Notes: generated by a model not told the origin, from the letters alone. Numbered from the stretch's first letter, positions 48,526-61,011 are shown. The stretch is DNA of 64,000 nucleotides from Alphaproteobacteria bacterium (GCA_963422645.2 CAXXVO010000017.1:1-64000); one strand, 5' to 3'. Program-made: numbers and translations.

Positions 48526-49254
48526 TCAGGAGCGGTTCTTGAAGCGCCAGCTCTCGTTGCCGGTCTCGATGATCTCGCAATGATGGGTGAGGCGATCGAG
48601 CAGCGCTGTGGTCATCTTGGGGTCGCCGAAGACGGATGGCCATTCGCCGAAGGCGAGGTTTGTGGTGATGACGATCGAGGTGCGCTCGTAGAGCCGGCTC
48701 ATCAGATGGAAGAGCAGCTGCCCACCGGCCTGGGCGAAGGGCAGGTAGCCGAGCTCGTCGAGGATGACGAAGTCGCGGCGGACGAGCTGGTCTGCAGTGC
48801 GGCCCTGGCGTCCGGCGCGAAGCTCGGCCTCGAGGAGGTTGACCAGGTCGACGACGTTGTAGCACCGGCCGCGCGCGCCCTTGCGGATGCAGGACCGCGC
48901 GATGGCGACGGCGAGATGGGTCTTGCCGGTACCGGTGCCGCCGACCAGCACGATGTTGCGTTTGCCCTCGAGGAAGCCGCCGCCGGCGAGCTCCTGGATC
49001 AGGGGCTCGTTGACCGGCGAGGCGGCGAAGTCGAAGTCGGCCAGCTCCTTGACCGTCGGCAGCTTGGCGGAGGCCATCTGGTACTTGATCGAGCGGGCCC
49101 TCTTGTCGGCGATCTCGACCTGCAGCAGCGTACCGATGATCTGTTGCACCGGATGGCGGCGCTTGAGCCCGTCGGCAAGGATGTCGTCGTAAGCGGCGCG
49201 CATACCTGCGAGCTTCAGCTGGGTCATCATCTCCAGCACATCATGACGCTCCAT
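48526..49254 (-). CDS. istB: IS21 helper ATPase
   Basis: [28 protein letters not shown]. Confidence 0.96.
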   Translation of the reverse strand: MERHDVLEMMTQLKLAGMRAAYDDILADGLKRRHPVQQIIGTLLQVEIADKRARSIKYQMASAKLPTVKELADFDFAASPVNEPLIQELAGGGFLEGKRNIVLVGGTGTGKTHLAVAIARSCIRKGARGRCYNVVDLVNLLEAELRAGRQGRTADQLVRRDFVILDELGYLPFAQAGGQLLFHLMSRLYERTSIVITTNLAFGEWPSVFGDPKMTTALLDRLTHHCEIIETGNESWRFKNRS

Positions 49255-50755
49255 GACCGGCCTCCCTCAGGCTGTCGTAGCGCTGACAGTCGGCTACCGG
49301 CTTGTGGCGAAGCTGCAGGCCCTCGGGCGTCGGGATGATTGCCGGCGGTGCCGGCTGGCGCTGCCGGGCGAGGATGTTGAGCACCACGTCGGCGCTGCAG
49401 GCACCGCAGTCGAGCGTCTCGGCACAGGCCGCCTCAACCGCCTCCAGTCCGTCCTCCAGCACCGCCGCGAGCACCTTGACGAACTGCCGGTCGCCGTCGT
49501 CGTGGCCCGCGAGCCGGGTTCGCAGGCGGCCGAGCGCGTTGGGCAACTGCCAGTCCTTGAAGGGCGCGCCATTGCGTAGCGCGCCGGGCTTCCGCGTCAG
49601 GATCGGCACGTAATGCCACGGATCGTAGACGAACCGGCCGCGCCCGAAGCTGCGGGGGTGCTCGGCAACGGTCTCGCCGTCCTGGCGGATGACGATCCGA
49701 TCGGCATAGGCCCGCACGTCCACCGGCCGGCCGACGGCGCGGGCCGCGACGCTGTACTGGTTGTTGTCGAAGCGCACCAGACAGGTCTTCGAGACCGACA
49801 CCTCGCTGGCATGGAAGCCGTCGAAGGGGCCGCGATACGCCATCAGGAAGGGCTGCTCCTCCTCGAACACCTGCCACACCGTCTTGCCCGGGATTGTCGG
49901 ATGCGGATGCTTCTTGGCGTCCTCGATGCACCGATCCATCAGCCACTCGTTGATCTCGGCGTAGGAGCGGCCCCGCGGGATGGGCACGAACAGGCGGCCG
50001 CGAAGGTCACCCACCTGCTTCTCGACCTGCCCCTTCTCCCAGCCAGCCCCTGGCGTGCACGCCACAGGCTCCACCAGATGGTGCGAGCACAGCTCCTGGA
50101 AGCGGCGGTTGTAGTCCCGCTTCTTGCCCACGAAGATCGTGCTCACCGCCGTCTTCATGTTGTCGTAGATGCCCCGCCGGCAGACCCCGCCGAAGAAGCG
50201 GAAGGCACGCTCGTGCGCCTCGAAGACCATCTCCTGGCTCTCGCGGGGAAAGATCTGGACCAGATACATCCGGCTGTGGCACAGCCGCATGTGCGCCGCC
50301 TTCACCCTGGTCGTCGCGCCCGACAGACGCGCGTACTCGTGGCTCCAGTCGAACTGGTAGGCCTCGCCGGGATCGAAGATCAGCGGCACATAGGCCTGCG
50401 CCGGCGACAACAGCCGCCACCGGCGCCGCCAGGCCCTGGCATAGCGGCGAACCGCGTCATAGCCGCCCTTGTAGCCCAGCGACACAAGGTCTTCATGAAT
50501 CCGCAGAAGAGACAGCCGATCCTTGCGTGCCTTCTTCTCGTTGGCCTTCAGCTGGCGCTCAAGCTCCTCCACCCACAGCCCAAGCTTCGGCATCGGCTGG
50601 ATCTTGCGCTCGTAGCTGTGCGAGGTCGCATCGCCCCGCACCACCTTGCGTATCGTGTTCTTGGAAACCCTCAAATCCCGGGCGAGCTTCTTGATCGGAA
50701 CGCCCTTCACCAGATGATCCCGACGGATCTTCGCGATCGTTTCCACAACCAGCAT
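49241..50755 (-). CDS. istA: IS21 transposase
   Basis: [23 protein letters not shown]. Confidence 0.96.
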   Translation of the reverse strand: MLVVETIAKIRRDHLVKGVPIKKLARDLRVSKNTIRKVVRGDATSHSYERKIQPMPKLGLWVEELERQLKANEKKARKDRLSLLRIHEDLVSLGYKGGYDAVRRYARAWRRRWRLLSPAQAYVPLIFDPGEAYQFDWSHEYARLSGATTRVKAAHMRLCHSRMYLVQIFPRESQEMVFEAHERAFRFFGGVCRRGIYDNMKTAVSTIFVGKKRDYNRRFQELCSHHLVEPVACTPGAGWEKGQVEKQVGDLRGRLFVPIPRGRSYAEINEWLMDRCIEDAKKHPHPTIPGKTVWQVFEEEQPFLMAYRGPFDGFHASEVSVSKTCLVRFDNNQYSVAARAVGRPVDVRAYADRIVIRQDGETVAEHPRSFGRGRFVYDPWHYVPILTRKPGALRNGAPFKDWQLPNALGRLRTRLAGHDDGDRQFVKVLAAVLEDGLEAVEAACAETLDCGACSADVVLNILARQRQPAPPAIIPTPEGLQLRHKPVADCQRYDSLREAGHGAS

Positions 50756-52973
50756 CTCCCCCACCACCCCGTCCGTCCAAACGACGAGGTGTGTTCATGG
50801 ACACAAATCCAAGGGGGTCAATTTTGGACGCCGATCACCCCCAATAGGGGGTCACTTTTCCACGCTTAACAACAATCGAGAGGCTCGAGCTCGTGGGTCG
50901 GCAGGGCGTCGAGATTGAACTCGTCACGCATGTACTTGAAGAAGTTCTCCTGCGACCAGCGCGAGAACATGGCGCCCGCAACCTCAGCCATCGGCTTGTG
51001 CGGATCGGTGGTGATCAGCGGCACCTGACGGCCGTTGTCGAGCAGGCGGCGGATCTGGCGCACCCTGAAGCCGTTCGGCAACGTCACCGGCTTCTCAGCC
51101 AGCCGCATGGTGGCGCTGCCGTCCGCCGCCGGTCCGTGAATGGGAACGGTCATCGCGCCGAAGTCCTCGGCCGGCCAGTCCTCGCCCCTGAAGTTCTTGT
51201 GCCAGGTCAGGCAGGCGACGCCGCGCCTCGCCAGCCGGCGGAACAGATCCGGGCTCCAGCCCTCGCGGTCGAAGACCAGGGTGAGCGCCGGCTGGCCGGG
51301 ATGCTCGGCGGTCAGGTCCGGCGCCCCGGCGCCAACGATCCCAAGCTCCTGCAGCGCCGGCACCACGTCGGCTTCGATGGCCGCGACCATCTTCGGGTCC
51401 AGCGGCTTGTGCAGACAGAGCAGCGGCTTGCCGCCCAGAGCGTTGATCCAGTAGCTGGCGCTCGCCGGCAGGCACAGCTTCTCGCGCGAGACGAAGTGCT
51501 TGGGCAAGCGCCCCTTGCGGCCGGAGTAGACCTTGACGTGCCCGTCGATGGCCAGCGTCGCCCAGAGCTCCGGCTCGTCGGCGCCTGCCAGCGCCTGGCA
51601 AGGGCGAGCTGCCACGCCCGCACGCCGGCCTCGTCGTCGGCGATGAGAGCGATCTTGCGGCGCAGCGTCTTGACCTCGGGGCAGCGATCGAGGCCGAGAA
51701 TGGCGCCCCATTCGCCCGGCGCCTGGTAGCGCAGGCTCTCGGGGTTGCGCACCCGCGCCAAGGTCATGAAGGCCAGGAAGAGCAGGATCGTAGGCAAGCC
51801 GTAATAGCCCTTCGGCAGCAATGGCAGGAGACCGGTCTCGGAGAGAAGACCTTCCTTCAGCAGGGCCGGCAGGGCGGCGAGCACGCCGCCGAAGCGGACA
51901 CCGCGGGCGGCGGCGGCGAACTGCGGTTCGACCGGCCCCGCCTGTCCACAACTGGCCAGAACCCGAGCCGGAACATCGCAAGTCGCACGCCCCATCGGCG
52001 CCTGCCGGTCCCGCCGATCGCGCGCGCTGCGATCCGTTTGCGGCTGCGCTTCCAGCCCCGGCGCCGTCTCCGGCCCCGGGGCACCGGTACTCTCTTCATC
52101 GACACGGCCTTCAGGAGCCGCACCCGCGTCAGGCGGCGCAGCCAGCGCTGAGCGTCCGGGCTCCCCATCCGCCTCCGTGTTGCCGATCAGTCCCTGACGG
52201 CGCCACTTGTTGACCGATGGCGCTGACACGCCGAGAACCCGGGCCGCCGCAGAGCCGCTCAGGCCCGATGCCAGCAACGCCGTCGCCTTCTCCGCCAACT
52301 CCGGAGTGAACACCGACGGCCCGCGACCGCGCCGGGGCTTCATGAACCCCGCTTCGCCCTCGGCCAGGTAGCGCCGTCGTGCGCGCTGCACCGTCGCGCG
52401 CGAGACAGCGAAAGCGTCAGCCAGTTCCTGCGGCGAGACCGCGCTGATCGCCGCGAGGCGGCCGATCCGCAAGAGCATGGCCGTGCGGTCATCGGCGGCG
52501 TGGCTGTCAAAGGGAATGAGGTTGGAAAAGTAGGTGAAGGTGTCGTCCGAGATCAGGACGGCGAAGCAGCTGTTGCCGATCGAGACCGCCTCTGGAGGGC
52601 ACATTGGGAGGGTACTGGGCATGGTTGAGACCGTGCAATTGGTATCAAATTATACTATCAGACCTCGGGCGCGACACCCAGCGAAAAACCGCCTGAAACA
52701 ACCGAAATGTATCAGAATTCAAGGAGTTCCCGGCACGCTGCCCAGAACAGCCAGCATCACGAGGTCAGGAATGTCAATCGGCTTTCAATACTGACCCCCG
52801 ATCGGCGTGCAAAATTGACCCCCCTGAGTGGCACGGCGGAGGTTGTCCCGGTAGCCAATAGGGGGGACCCGCGCGGCTTCGTGTGGCGCCCTGCGCTACG
52901 CGGAGCGAAGCCGCGTGGGGGGTCCCTGTTGGCCCACCGGGGCAACCGGGCCGCAAGGGAGGCCGGCGGCGGG

Positions 52974-53702
52974 TCAGGAGCGGTTCTTGAAGCGCCAGCT
53001 CTCGTTGCCGGTCTCGATGATCTCGCAATGATGGGTGAGGCGATCGAGCAGCGCTGTGGTCATCTTGGGGTCGCCGAAGACGGATGGCCATTCGCCGAAG
53101 GCGAGGTTTGTGGTGATGACGATCGAGGTGCGCTCGTAGAGCCGGCTCATCAGATGGAAGAGCAGCTGCCCACCGGCCTGGGCGAAGGGCAGGTAGCCGA
53201 GCTCGTCGAGGATGACGAAGTCGCGGCGGACGAGCTGGTCTGCAGTGCGGCCCTGGCGTCCGGCGCGAAGCTCGGCCTCGAGGAGGTTGACCAGGTCGAC
53301 GACGTTGTAGCACCGGCCGCGCGCGCCCTTGCGGATGCAGGACCGCGCGATGGCGACGGCGAGATGGGTCTTGCCGGTACCGGTGCCGCCGACCAGCACG
53401 ATGTTGCGTTTGCCCTCGAGGAAGCCGCCGCCGGCGAGCTCCTGGATCAGGGGCTCGTTGACCGGCGAGGCGGCGAAGTCGAAGTCGGCCAGCTCCTTGA
53501 CCGTCGGCAGCTTGGCGGAGGCCATCTGGTACTTGATCGAGCGGGCCCTCTTGTCGGCGATCTCGACCTGCAGCAGCGTACCGATGATCTGTTGCACCGG
53601 ATGGCGGCGCTTGAGCCCGTCGGCAAGGATGTCGTCGTAAGCGGCGCGCATACCTGCGAGCTTCAGCTGGGTCATCATCTCCAGCACATCATGACGCTCC
53701 AT
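52974..53702 (-). CDS. istB: IS21 helper ATPase
   Basis: Same translation as 48526-49254. Confidence 0.96.
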   Translation of the reverse strand: MERHDVLEMMTQLKLAGMRAAYDDILADGLKRRHPVQQIIGTLLQVEIADKRARSIKYQMASAKLPTVKELADFDFAASPVNEPLIQELAGGGFLEGKRNIVLVGGTGTGKTHLAVAIARSCIRKGARGRCYNVVDLVNLLEAELRAGRQGRTADQLVRRDFVILDELGYLPFAQAGGQLLFHLMSRLYERTSIVITTNLAFGEWPSVFGDPKMTTALLDRLTHHCEIIETGNESWRFKNRS

Positions 53703-55203
53703 GACCGGCCTCCCTCAGGCTGTCGTAGCGCTGACAGTCGGCTACCGGCTTGTGGCGAAGCTGCAGGCCCTCGGGCGTCGGGATGATTGCCGGCGGTGCC
53801 GGCTGGCGCTGCCGGGCGAGGATGTTGAGCACCACGTCGGCGCTGCAGGCACCGCAGTCGAGCGTCTCGGCACAGGCCGCCTCAACCGCCTCCAGTCCGT
53901 CCTCCAGCACCGCCGCGAGCACCTTGACGAACTGCCGGTCGCCGTCGTCGTGGCCCGCGAGCCGGGTTCGCAGGCGGCCGAGCGCGTTGGGCAACTGCCA
54001 GTCCTTGAAGGGCGCGCCATTGCGTAGCGCGCCGGGCTTCCGCGTCAGGATCGGCACGTAATGCCACGGATCGTAGACGAACCGGCCGCGCCCGAAGCTG
54101 CGGGGGTGCTCGGCAACGGTCTCGCCGTCCTGGCGGATGACGATCCGATCGGCATAGGCCCGCACGTCCACCGGCCGGCCGACGGCGCGGGCCGCGACGC
54201 TGTACTGGTTGTTGTCGAAGCGCACCAGACAGGTCTTCGAGACCGACACCTCGCTGGCATGGAAGCCGTCGAAGGGGCCGCGATACGCCATCAGGAAGGG
54301 CTGCTCCTCCTCGAACACCTGCCACACCGTCTTGCCCGGGATTGTCGGATGCGGATGCTTCTTGGCGTCCTCGATGCACCGATCCATCAGCCACTCGTTG
54401 ATCTCGGCGTAGGAGCGGCCCCGCGGGATGGGCACGAACAGGCGGCCGCGAAGGTCACCCACCTGCTTCTCGACCTGCCCCTTCTCCCAGCCAGCCCCTG
54501 GCGTGCACGCCACAGGCTCCACCAGATGGTGCGAGCACAGCTCCTGGAAGCGGCGGTTGTAGTCCCGCTTCTTGCCCACGAAGATCGTGCTCACCGCCGT
54601 CTTCATGTTGTCGTAGATGCCCCGCCGGCAGACCCCGCCGAAGAAGCGGAAGGCACGCTCGTGCGCCTCGAAGACCATCTCCTGGCTCTCGCGGGGAAAG
54701 ATCTGGACCAGATACATCCGGCTGTGGCACAGCCGCATGTGCGCCGCCTTCACCCTGGTCGTCGCGCCCGACAGACGCGCGTACTCGTGGCTCCAGTCGA
54801 ACTGGTAGGCCTCGCCGGGATCGAAGATCAGCGGCACATAGGCCTGCGCCGGCGACAACAGCCGCCACCGGCGCCGCCAGGCCCTGGCATAGCGGCGAAC
54901 CGCGTCATAGCCGCCCTTGTAGCCCAGCGACACAAGGTCTTCATGAATCCGCAGAAGAGACAGCCGATCCTTGCGTGCCTTCTTCTCGTTGGCCTTCAGC
55001 TGGCGCTCAAGCTCCTCCACCCACAGCCCAAGCTTCGGCATCGGCTGGATCTTGCGCTCGTAGCTGTGCGAGGTCGCATCGCCCCGCACCACCTTGCGTA
55101 TCGTGTTCTTGGAAACCCTCAAATCCCGGGCGAGCTTCTTGATCGGAACGCCCTTCACCAGATGATCCCGACGGATCTTCGCGATCGTTTCCACAACCAG
55201 CAT
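53689..55203 (-). CDS. istA: IS21 transposase
   Basis: Same translation as 49241-50755. Confidence 0.96.
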   Translation of the reverse strand: MLVVETIAKIRRDHLVKGVPIKKLARDLRVSKNTIRKVVRGDATSHSYERKIQPMPKLGLWVEELERQLKANEKKARKDRLSLLRIHEDLVSLGYKGGYDAVRRYARAWRRRWRLLSPAQAYVPLIFDPGEAYQFDWSHEYARLSGATTRVKAAHMRLCHSRMYLVQIFPRESQEMVFEAHERAFRFFGGVCRRGIYDNMKTAVSTIFVGKKRDYNRRFQELCSHHLVEPVACTPGAGWEKGQVEKQVGDLRGRLFVPIPRGRSYAEINEWLMDRCIEDAKKHPHPTIPGKTVWQVFEEEQPFLMAYRGPFDGFHASEVSVSKTCLVRFDNNQYSVAARAVGRPVDVRAYADRIVIRQDGETVAEHPRSFGRGRFVYDPWHYVPILTRKPGALRNGAPFKDWQLPNALGRLRTRLAGHDDGDRQFVKVLAAVLEDGLEAVEAACAETLDCGACSADVVLNILARQRQPAPPAIIPTPEGLQLRHKPVADCQRYDSLREAGHGAS

Positions 55204-55337
55204 CTCCCCCACCACCCCGTCCGTCCAAACGACGAGGTGTGTTCATGGACACAAATCCAAGGGGGTCAATTTTGGACGCCGATCACCCCCAATAGGGGGT
55301 CACTTTTCCACGCTTAACAACAGGTCAGGAAGTCTGA

Positions 55338-55516
55338 TACTGCGCTCCTGAACTTCTCCGGCTCATCCTGAGTATCGCTGTCCTCTCATCTTGTTCGCGA
55401 CGCGGCGTTCATCATCCTCTCGCGCTCAAGAGAGTAGGCACCCCCGCGGCGTGGGGGCGTTGACGCAAAAGGAACTGGCTTGTTCCATAAGAGAGAGGGG
55501 GTACCTGGGCAGTTAC
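55338..55516 (+). mobile_element. Right-end remnant of IS66 element A
   Basis: Matches 7759-7937, including the last transposase codons and IRR. Confidence 0.93.
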
Positions 55517-55925
55517 TATCTGTTGCTCCACCTCTCGGCCTTGGAGTGCCTAAATAGCTTTGCCGACTGCCTGACCTACTATGCCGTCTGCTGACTCCTG
55601 CGCCGCGATCAGGTCCCCTTGCGGTTCCCTCAGTTCCAGACTTGGAACACGGCACAGGCCTCCCCAGGTAAGCTCGGTCGCCTTCCCCGCACACCTGCCG
55701 GATCTACAAACTTGGCCTTGATGGATATGGACTTCGCGATCCGTTGCCCGCTCGTCCGACCAAGCCTGCCTCATATCCGGTTTCTGTTCGTCAGGTCGCG
55801 GTTTTGCTCCACGCTTCCTTCAGACACCACCTCGCGGGGATGCCCTTGCGCTTTGCTAATCCTTCACCTCCATCAGGTTGGATAGAAGACTTTCACTTCC
55901 CAGCTACCGAGCATGCTGGGCACAC
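55517..55925 (-). ncRNA. Group II intron (class C / IIC), 5' part (about DI-DIII), truncated
   Basis: Minus strand begins GTGTGCCCAGCATG...GTGAAAGTC...GAAGGAAGC...GAGTCAGCAGACGGCATAGTAG; upstream hairpin GGTCAC...GTGACC 5 nt from the junction; no RT ORF or DV/DVI. Confidence 0.85.
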
Positions 55926-56137
55926 AACGAGGTCACGGGAAACCCGCGCCATCAGTGACCGGAGGCGACAAAATGGTTCGGGCCAAGCTTAACATCGGGT
56001 GCCGCTACAGCACGCCAGTGCGCAAACGGCCTCTTCACCCCACCCGCAGCCAGTTCACGCCCGAGGCGTCGCAGACACAAGCCCCCGTTACTCCCGCGAC
56101 CGAGCCGGAGCGACGCGCCGGTGGAGGCTTAACAACA

Positions 56138-56580
56138 TTCCCGAGGCGCGTCCGACCGTCATGTTGGCGGAGCGGACGTTCTGGGAGAAGGCAACCGCCA
56201 TCCATGTCTTCTGCCGCCAGGAGCGGCGCCGCGGCGAGCGCCTGTCGAGGCACTGGCACGATCTCGCGCGCCTCGACGAGGCGGGGACCGCGTCGAACGC
56301 TCTGGCTGATGACGCGCTCGCCCTTTCCGTCGCTCGTCACAAGGCAATGTTCTTCACCGAGAACGATGCCCACGGCGACCGGATCGACTATGAAGCTGCG
56401 GTCTCAGGCGGCCTTCAGCTCGTTCCCTCCGGCGCCGCGCATACGGTGCTCGCCGGGGACTACGCGAAGATGCTGGCCGACGGCATGCTGCTCGACGAGA
56501 GCGAGCCGTTCGAAGCCCTGATGGAGCGATGCGCGGCGATCGAGGCGCGAGCCAACGGGCTACGGTCGGAGGACCGATGA
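56138..56580 (+). pseudogene. AbiEii/AbiGii-like nucleotidyltransferase toxin, C-terminal remnant
   Basis: AERTFWEKATAIH...SRHWHDL...HKAMFF...LQLVP...DYAKM; N-terminal catalytic part absent. Confidence 0.75.
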
Positions 56581-56713
56581 CGGACGCATTCGTACTTCGT
56601 GAAGAACTCGTCGCCGAGCACGAGCGCTTTGACAGCTTTAACCAACGTCAGATCGTGAATGTTGCTTGATGATGCGTATTGGGCGGGGAGGTAAACGCAT
56701 ACGCGAGGCACTA

Positions 56714-57896
56714 GTCACCTAAATCTAAAGTTCGTGGCATAAGTTTTGTTCGACCCGAAGGCAGAAGCGCTTGACGGCAGCGAGGATGTCGTCGGCTGAT
56801 TTGGTCCACCTGAAGGGTCGAGGATTTTCGTTGTGGGTTTCGATGAAAGCGCGGATGTCGGCCTCGAGCTGGAGGGTGGAGCGGTGCACCCCGCGTTGCA
56901 GCTGCTTGCGTGTCAGCTCGGCGAACCAGCGTTCGACCTGGTTGATCCACGACGCCGACGTCGGCGTGAAGTGAACGTGCCAATGCGGACGCCGCGCCAG
57001 CCAGGCCTTGACCCCCGCCGTCTTGTGGGTGGCGTAGTTGTCCATGACGACGTGGATGTCCAGTCCGTCCGGGACATTGCGATCGATCACCTTCAGGAAG
57101 TCGAGGAACTCCCTGGCCCGGTGGCGGCGATAGCACTTGCCTATGACCGAGCCGGTGGCAACGTCGAGGGCGGCGAAGAGCGAGGTCGTGCCGTTGCGCT
57201 TGTAGTCATGGGTGCGCCGCTCAGGGATGCCCGGCAGCATCGGCAGGACCGGCTGTGTACGGTCGAGGGCCTGGATCTGGCTCTTCTCGTCGACGCAGAG
57301 CACCAGCGCGCGATCCGGCGGCGACATGTAGAGGCCTACGATGTCGCGGACCTTCTCCACGAAGTGCGGATAGGCCGACAGCTTGAAGGTCTCGGCCCGA
57401 TGGGGCTGCAGGCCGAAGGCGCCCCAGATGCGCCAGATCGACGTGTGCGACAGCCCCGCCTCCTTCGCCATCGAGCGCAGCGACCAGTGGGTGGCGTCCG
57501 CAGGCGTCGAGGTGAGCGTCCGCTCGATCACTTGCGCCACCTTCTCGTCCGCGATGGTCCGCGGCCGTCCCGGCCGGGGTTCGTCCGACAGACCCTCGAT
57601 GCGGTCCTTGACGAAGCGCCTCCGCCACTTGCCGACGGTGTGTTCGTGCACGCCGATCTCTGCGGCCACCGCCTTGTTGCCAAGCCCGTCCGCGCAAAGC
57701 AGGATCATGCGGCAGCGATCCGACATGGAGCGCGCCACACGGTGGCGGCGAACCTGCGCTTCCAGAAACGACCGCTCCTCACCGCTCAAGACCAGGGCCG
57801 CCAGCGGCCGTCCCGTACCGCGCGCCATCGAGATGACCTCCTCTGTCCGACTCGGAGAGCCACCCTACAATGAACCCTACTTCAGTGCCAGGTGAC
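56714..57896 (-). mobile_element. IS630-family element, TA target duplication
   Basis: cTA|GTCACCT...AGGTGAC|TAg ends (CTAG context). Confidence 0.9.
56725..57828 (-). CDS. IS630 transposase, apparently intact
   Basis: [40 protein letters not shown]. Confidence 0.95.
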   Translation of the reverse strand: MARGTGRPLAALVLSGEERSFLEAQVRRHRVARSMSDRCRMILLCADGLGNKAVAAEIGVHEHTVGKWRRRFVKDRIEGLSDEPRPGRPRTIADEKVAQVIERTLTSTPADATHWSLRSMAKEAGLSHTSIWRIWGAFGLQPHRAETFKLSAYPHFVEKVRDIVGLYMSPPDRALVLCVDEKSQIQALDRTQPVLPMLPGIPERRTHDYKRNGTTSLFAALDVATGSVIGKCYRRHRAREFLDFLKVIDRNVPDGLDIHVVMDNYATHKTAGVKAWLARRPHWHVHFTPTSASWINQVERWFAELTRKQLQRGVHRSTLQLEADIRAFIETHNENPRPFRWTKSADDILAAVKRFCLRVEQNLCHEL

Positions 57897-58012
57897 TAGA
57901 CGAGGCGCTGTTCGCGCTCGGCAGCCTGGTGACCGTTCGCTACCATCACTCTTCCTAATGCCGCAGCGCGGTCCTCGTCAACGCAACGGACAAAACATAA
58001 GGGCACTGCTTC

Positions 58013-59089
58013 ATGGCGCACAAAGAGATTCGAGAGGCTCCAGCATCCCCCTACAAGCACACGCAGGAATCCGTGCAGCGCCCCGACGTTGGCGTCGAGG
58101 GGCAGTTTGCCCACAAGAAACCGCCCCGGACCTACCGCTACGACTCCAGTCTTGCGCCGGAGCTTTCTTGGGACGAGAGCGCGGATCGGGCTTTCGCCGA
58201 GTGGCTGCTCGGAATGATCGCCGAGGCCGCCGAGAAGGGAGTGGATAAGGTTTTCGCCGAACCGCAGGTTTGGCAGGGGACCGAGGAGCGCTTCACCTCG
58301 CTCTCACAGTGTGCTGCGCGGCTGCGCAGCCTGACCAAACCCTTCCTCGACTGGAGCGGAAAGGCCGAGCGACAGCAGGTCAGCGTGCCAACGCTGCCGC
58401 TTTTCGTCCACGAGCGCCATTCCACGCAGGCGATTCTGGAGACCCTGCAATCTCACAAGGCGCGAGGCACCACGCTCGATCTCTTCGGTGACATTGACCT
58501 CGACATTGCCGACAAGCTTGACGCCTATGAGCACAAGGGTCCGTGGACCAACCGGCTCGTACTTGGCGATTCACTTCAGGTGATGAACTCCCTCCTCGAA
58601 TACGAGGGCATGGGCGGCCAGGTGCAGATGCTCTACTTCGACCCACCCTATGGAGTGAAATTCGGATCAAACTTCCAGCCCTTCGTCCGCAAGAACAGCG
58701 TCAAGCACGGTTCCGACGACGAAATGATCCGCGACCCCGAGATGGTCAAAGCCTATCGGGATACATGGGAACTCGGGCTCCACTCCTACCTGACATACCT
58801 GCGTGATCGTTTGATGCTGGCGAAGGAGATGCTCTCCGACTCCGGCTCGCTTTTCGTTCAGATATCCGACGACAACATCCACCACATCCGTGAGGTGCTG
58901 GACGAGGTGTTTCCGAGCGGCTTCGTCTCGCAGATCAGCTTCCAGACCACATCCGGGTTTGAGTTCTCGACCTTGCCCACGGTCGGAGATTTCCTGCTTT
59001 GGTACGCGAAGGACAAGGAGAAGGTCCGCTACAACAAAGTCTTCCATCCACAGCCGGTTGAACTGGGGAAGGGAAATGCTCGATGGGTG
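58013..59089 (+). pseudogene. Site-specific DNA methyltransferase (type III Mod-like, beta class), truncated by IS66-B
   Basis: NRLVLGDSLQVMNSL, YFDPPYGVKFGSNFQ, YLTYLRDRL; frame runs into the IS IR before any FxGxG motif. Confidence 0.85.
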
Positions 59090-60977
59090 GTAACTGCCCA
59101 GGTTCTTGCTGTGAAAATTCTCTGGGATTCGGCACAACGCTACCCACGCGACGCCCGTGTGCTCCTCTGTGGTCGCCGGGTTTCACAGCTCACGATGCCC
59201 CTCTTGCGGACTGCGACCGGTAAGCTACCCCGATGTGGCCCGAAGTCCGCCCGCGCGACGGGCACCGATTTTCATTCTATGGGGTGGTCCAGCACGGCGT
59301 CGACCATGATCGTTTATGAGAATGGCTCCGCTGTTGGAGAACCCGTGCCAGGTGAGCTTACGCGCACTTGACGGTGGCGATGAGCCGATCCGATGGGCTG
59401 GTCAGGGCTTCGATGATATTCCAGCCCTGCTTTCTGGCGGTGGTGATGACGCTGCGCAGGATGGCGAAGTTCTCGGCCCCCTGCGCGGACCGGAAGCCCC
59501 CGGAGATCTTCTGGCGCAGCTTCATCATCCGAAGGTCGCGCTCGGCCTCGTTGTTCGTGAACCCGACCTCGAGGTCGATCAGGAACCGGAGCACCGCGCA
59601 TTTGTGGTCGCGCAGCCTCAAGGCCAGATTGTGACCGATCCTTCGCTTCCGGCGCTTCTTCCTCTTGCCAGGCGAGAACGGTGGTTGGCTCTCGTGAAAG
59701 GCCAGCGCATCGGCGATGATCTCGTCGTATCGGCGCTCGATCAGCGCCACAAGCCTCGCCGGAACGGCGATATCCTTGTCCAGCGCGATGCGGGCGGCGC
59801 GATTGGCTCGGCGCAGGAGCTGCTGCATCCGCCGGGCCCAAGCCTCCCCTTCGATGTCCACCAGCGCCTGCAACTCCCGCAGGTGATGGGCGTTGCACAG
59901 GCCGTGCTCCACCCCTTCCATCGCGAAGTACGGCTTCCAGTGATCGTGCACGACGATGCCGGAGACACCCGAGAGCAGGGCGCCGCGCTTGCCGCTGACC
60001 CGGTACGCCGCCAGCAGCGGCGTGCAGATCACATGAAGCCACTGCGTCTGACCGCCGATCCGCAAGCCGGTCTCGTCCATGTGTTTCACCCGCGCCGTGC
60101 CCGCCGCCAGGTCCTGTATGTGCAAGGCCGCGTCCCGCAGCCGCTCGGCCGCCCTCTCGCTCATCGTCGCCAACGTCGCAGCCGTCACCGGCGCGCCGAA
60201 GAGCTCGGCCATCACCTGCGACAGCCGATCCTCCGGCAGGAAGTGAGCGTGCTGAAGGTAGACCGCCACCCCGGCAATGCGCGGGCCGTACTGCACCGGC
60301 GCCGACACCCCGTCGGGGAACGCCGCCCGGGTCACCGTCCCGCAATGCCCGCAGCACTTGGCATGCGCCCGGTGCTCGGTCACCTCCAGGGGGCTCGGCT
60401 CGGGCAGATCGAACACCTGGCGGGCGACGGGCGTTCCCGCCCTGGCCGCGTCCGAAAGCGGCGAACCGCATCCCTTGCAGGAAGCCGGGACGTGATCCTT
60501 CACCCGATCCGGGTGATCGGCGCGGCGCAGCGTCTTGCCCTTGTGGCCGGGCTGGCCACCGGGCTTGCGGCCCGATTTGCCGCGCAGGCTTCGGGTTCGC
60601 CGCTTCGAATTCGGCTTCCTCAGCCCATCGCTCGAAGGCGGCTTGCCGCTGTTGCCGCTGTTGAGGCCGAGACGGCGCTCCAACTCCTCGATGCGCTCGA
60701 CGAGACGCGCGACTTGCTCTTCCAGCCGCGCGTTCTGCTGCCGAAGCCAGGCATTTTCCTCCCGAAGCCGGGCGTTCTCCTCCTCCAGGCGGGCGATCTT
60801 CTGCGCGGGCGTTTCGGGCGCTGCTCCCGTCGAAGGGCCGCGCGGCGACTCGGGATTGCTCATGTCGTTGTTGAGTCATTTCCCGAAATTCCCGTCAAGC
60901 CCTTTCCACCAACTCCGAACGAGAAACGCCTCAATCCACTGGCCCAAAATGACAAATCAGACGACCTGGGCAGTTAC
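59090..60977 (-). mobile_element. IS66-family element B, complete (1888 bp)
   Basis: IRs GTAACTGCCCAGGT / ACCTGGGCAGTTAC; flanks GATGGGTG / CTTAACAC are not a TSD. Confidence 0.93.
59358..60863 (-). CDS. IS66 (ISBst12-like) transposase, intact
   Basis: NSGNSGKPPSSD, GGQPGHKG, HMDETG, CNAHHLREL, FTNNEAERDLR. Confidence 0.95.
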   Translation of the reverse strand: MSNPESPRGPSTGAAPETPAQKIARLEEENARLREENAWLRQQNARLEEQVARLVERIEELERRLGLNSGNSGKPPSSDGLRKPNSKRRTRSLRGKSGRKPGGQPGHKGKTLRRADHPDRVKDHVPASCKGCGSPLSDAARAGTPVARQVFDLPEPSPLEVTEHRAHAKCCGHCGTVTRAAFPDGVSAPVQYGPRIAGVAVYLQHAHFLPEDRLSQVMAELFGAPVTAATLATMSERAAERLRDAALHIQDLAAGTARVKHMDETGLRIGGQTQWLHVICTPLLAAYRVSGKRGALLSGVSGIVVHDHWKPYFAMEGVEHGLCNAHHLRELQALVDIEGEAWARRMQQLLRRANRAARIALDKDIAVPARLVALIERRYDEIIADALAFHESQPPFSPGKRKKRRKRRIGHNLALRLRDHKCAVLRFLIDLEVGFTNNEAERDLRMMKLRQKISGGFRSAQGAENFAILRSVITTARKQGWNIIEALTSPSDRLIATVKCA

Positions 60978-61011
60978 CTTAACACACCTCACGCATCGGC
61001 GAACGCACATT

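Larger units (their letters stand above)
48324..50874 (-). mobile_element. IS21-family element copy 1 (2551 bp)
   Basis: TG...CA ends, repeated TGACCCCC subterminal motifs, istA-istB; no TSD. Confidence 0.95.
52772..55322 (-). mobile_element. IS21-family element copy 2 (2551 bp, 9-bp TSD GGTCAGGAA)
   Basis: Same sequence as copy 1; GGTCAGGAA at 52763-52771 and 55323-55331. Confidence 0.95.
50875..55337 (-). mobile_element. IS 'IR17' copy 3: truncated by IS21 copy 1, with its IR split by IS21 copy 2
   Basis: 50875-52771 matches copy 1 from position 960; IR resumes at 55323-55337 (GGTCAGGAAGTCTGA); same frameshift. Confidence 0.92.

Noticed and set aside
56577-56711. Short ORF after the AbiEii remnant interrupted by IS630
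   Set aside because: Stops after about 30 codons before the IS; no recognisable motif on rejoining the flanks.
58013-59371. 452-aa full-length methyltransferase as given in the ORF track
   Set aside because: Sequence after 59089 is read-through into the IS66-B tail (same peptide as 9069-9329); the SAM-binding motif is missing.
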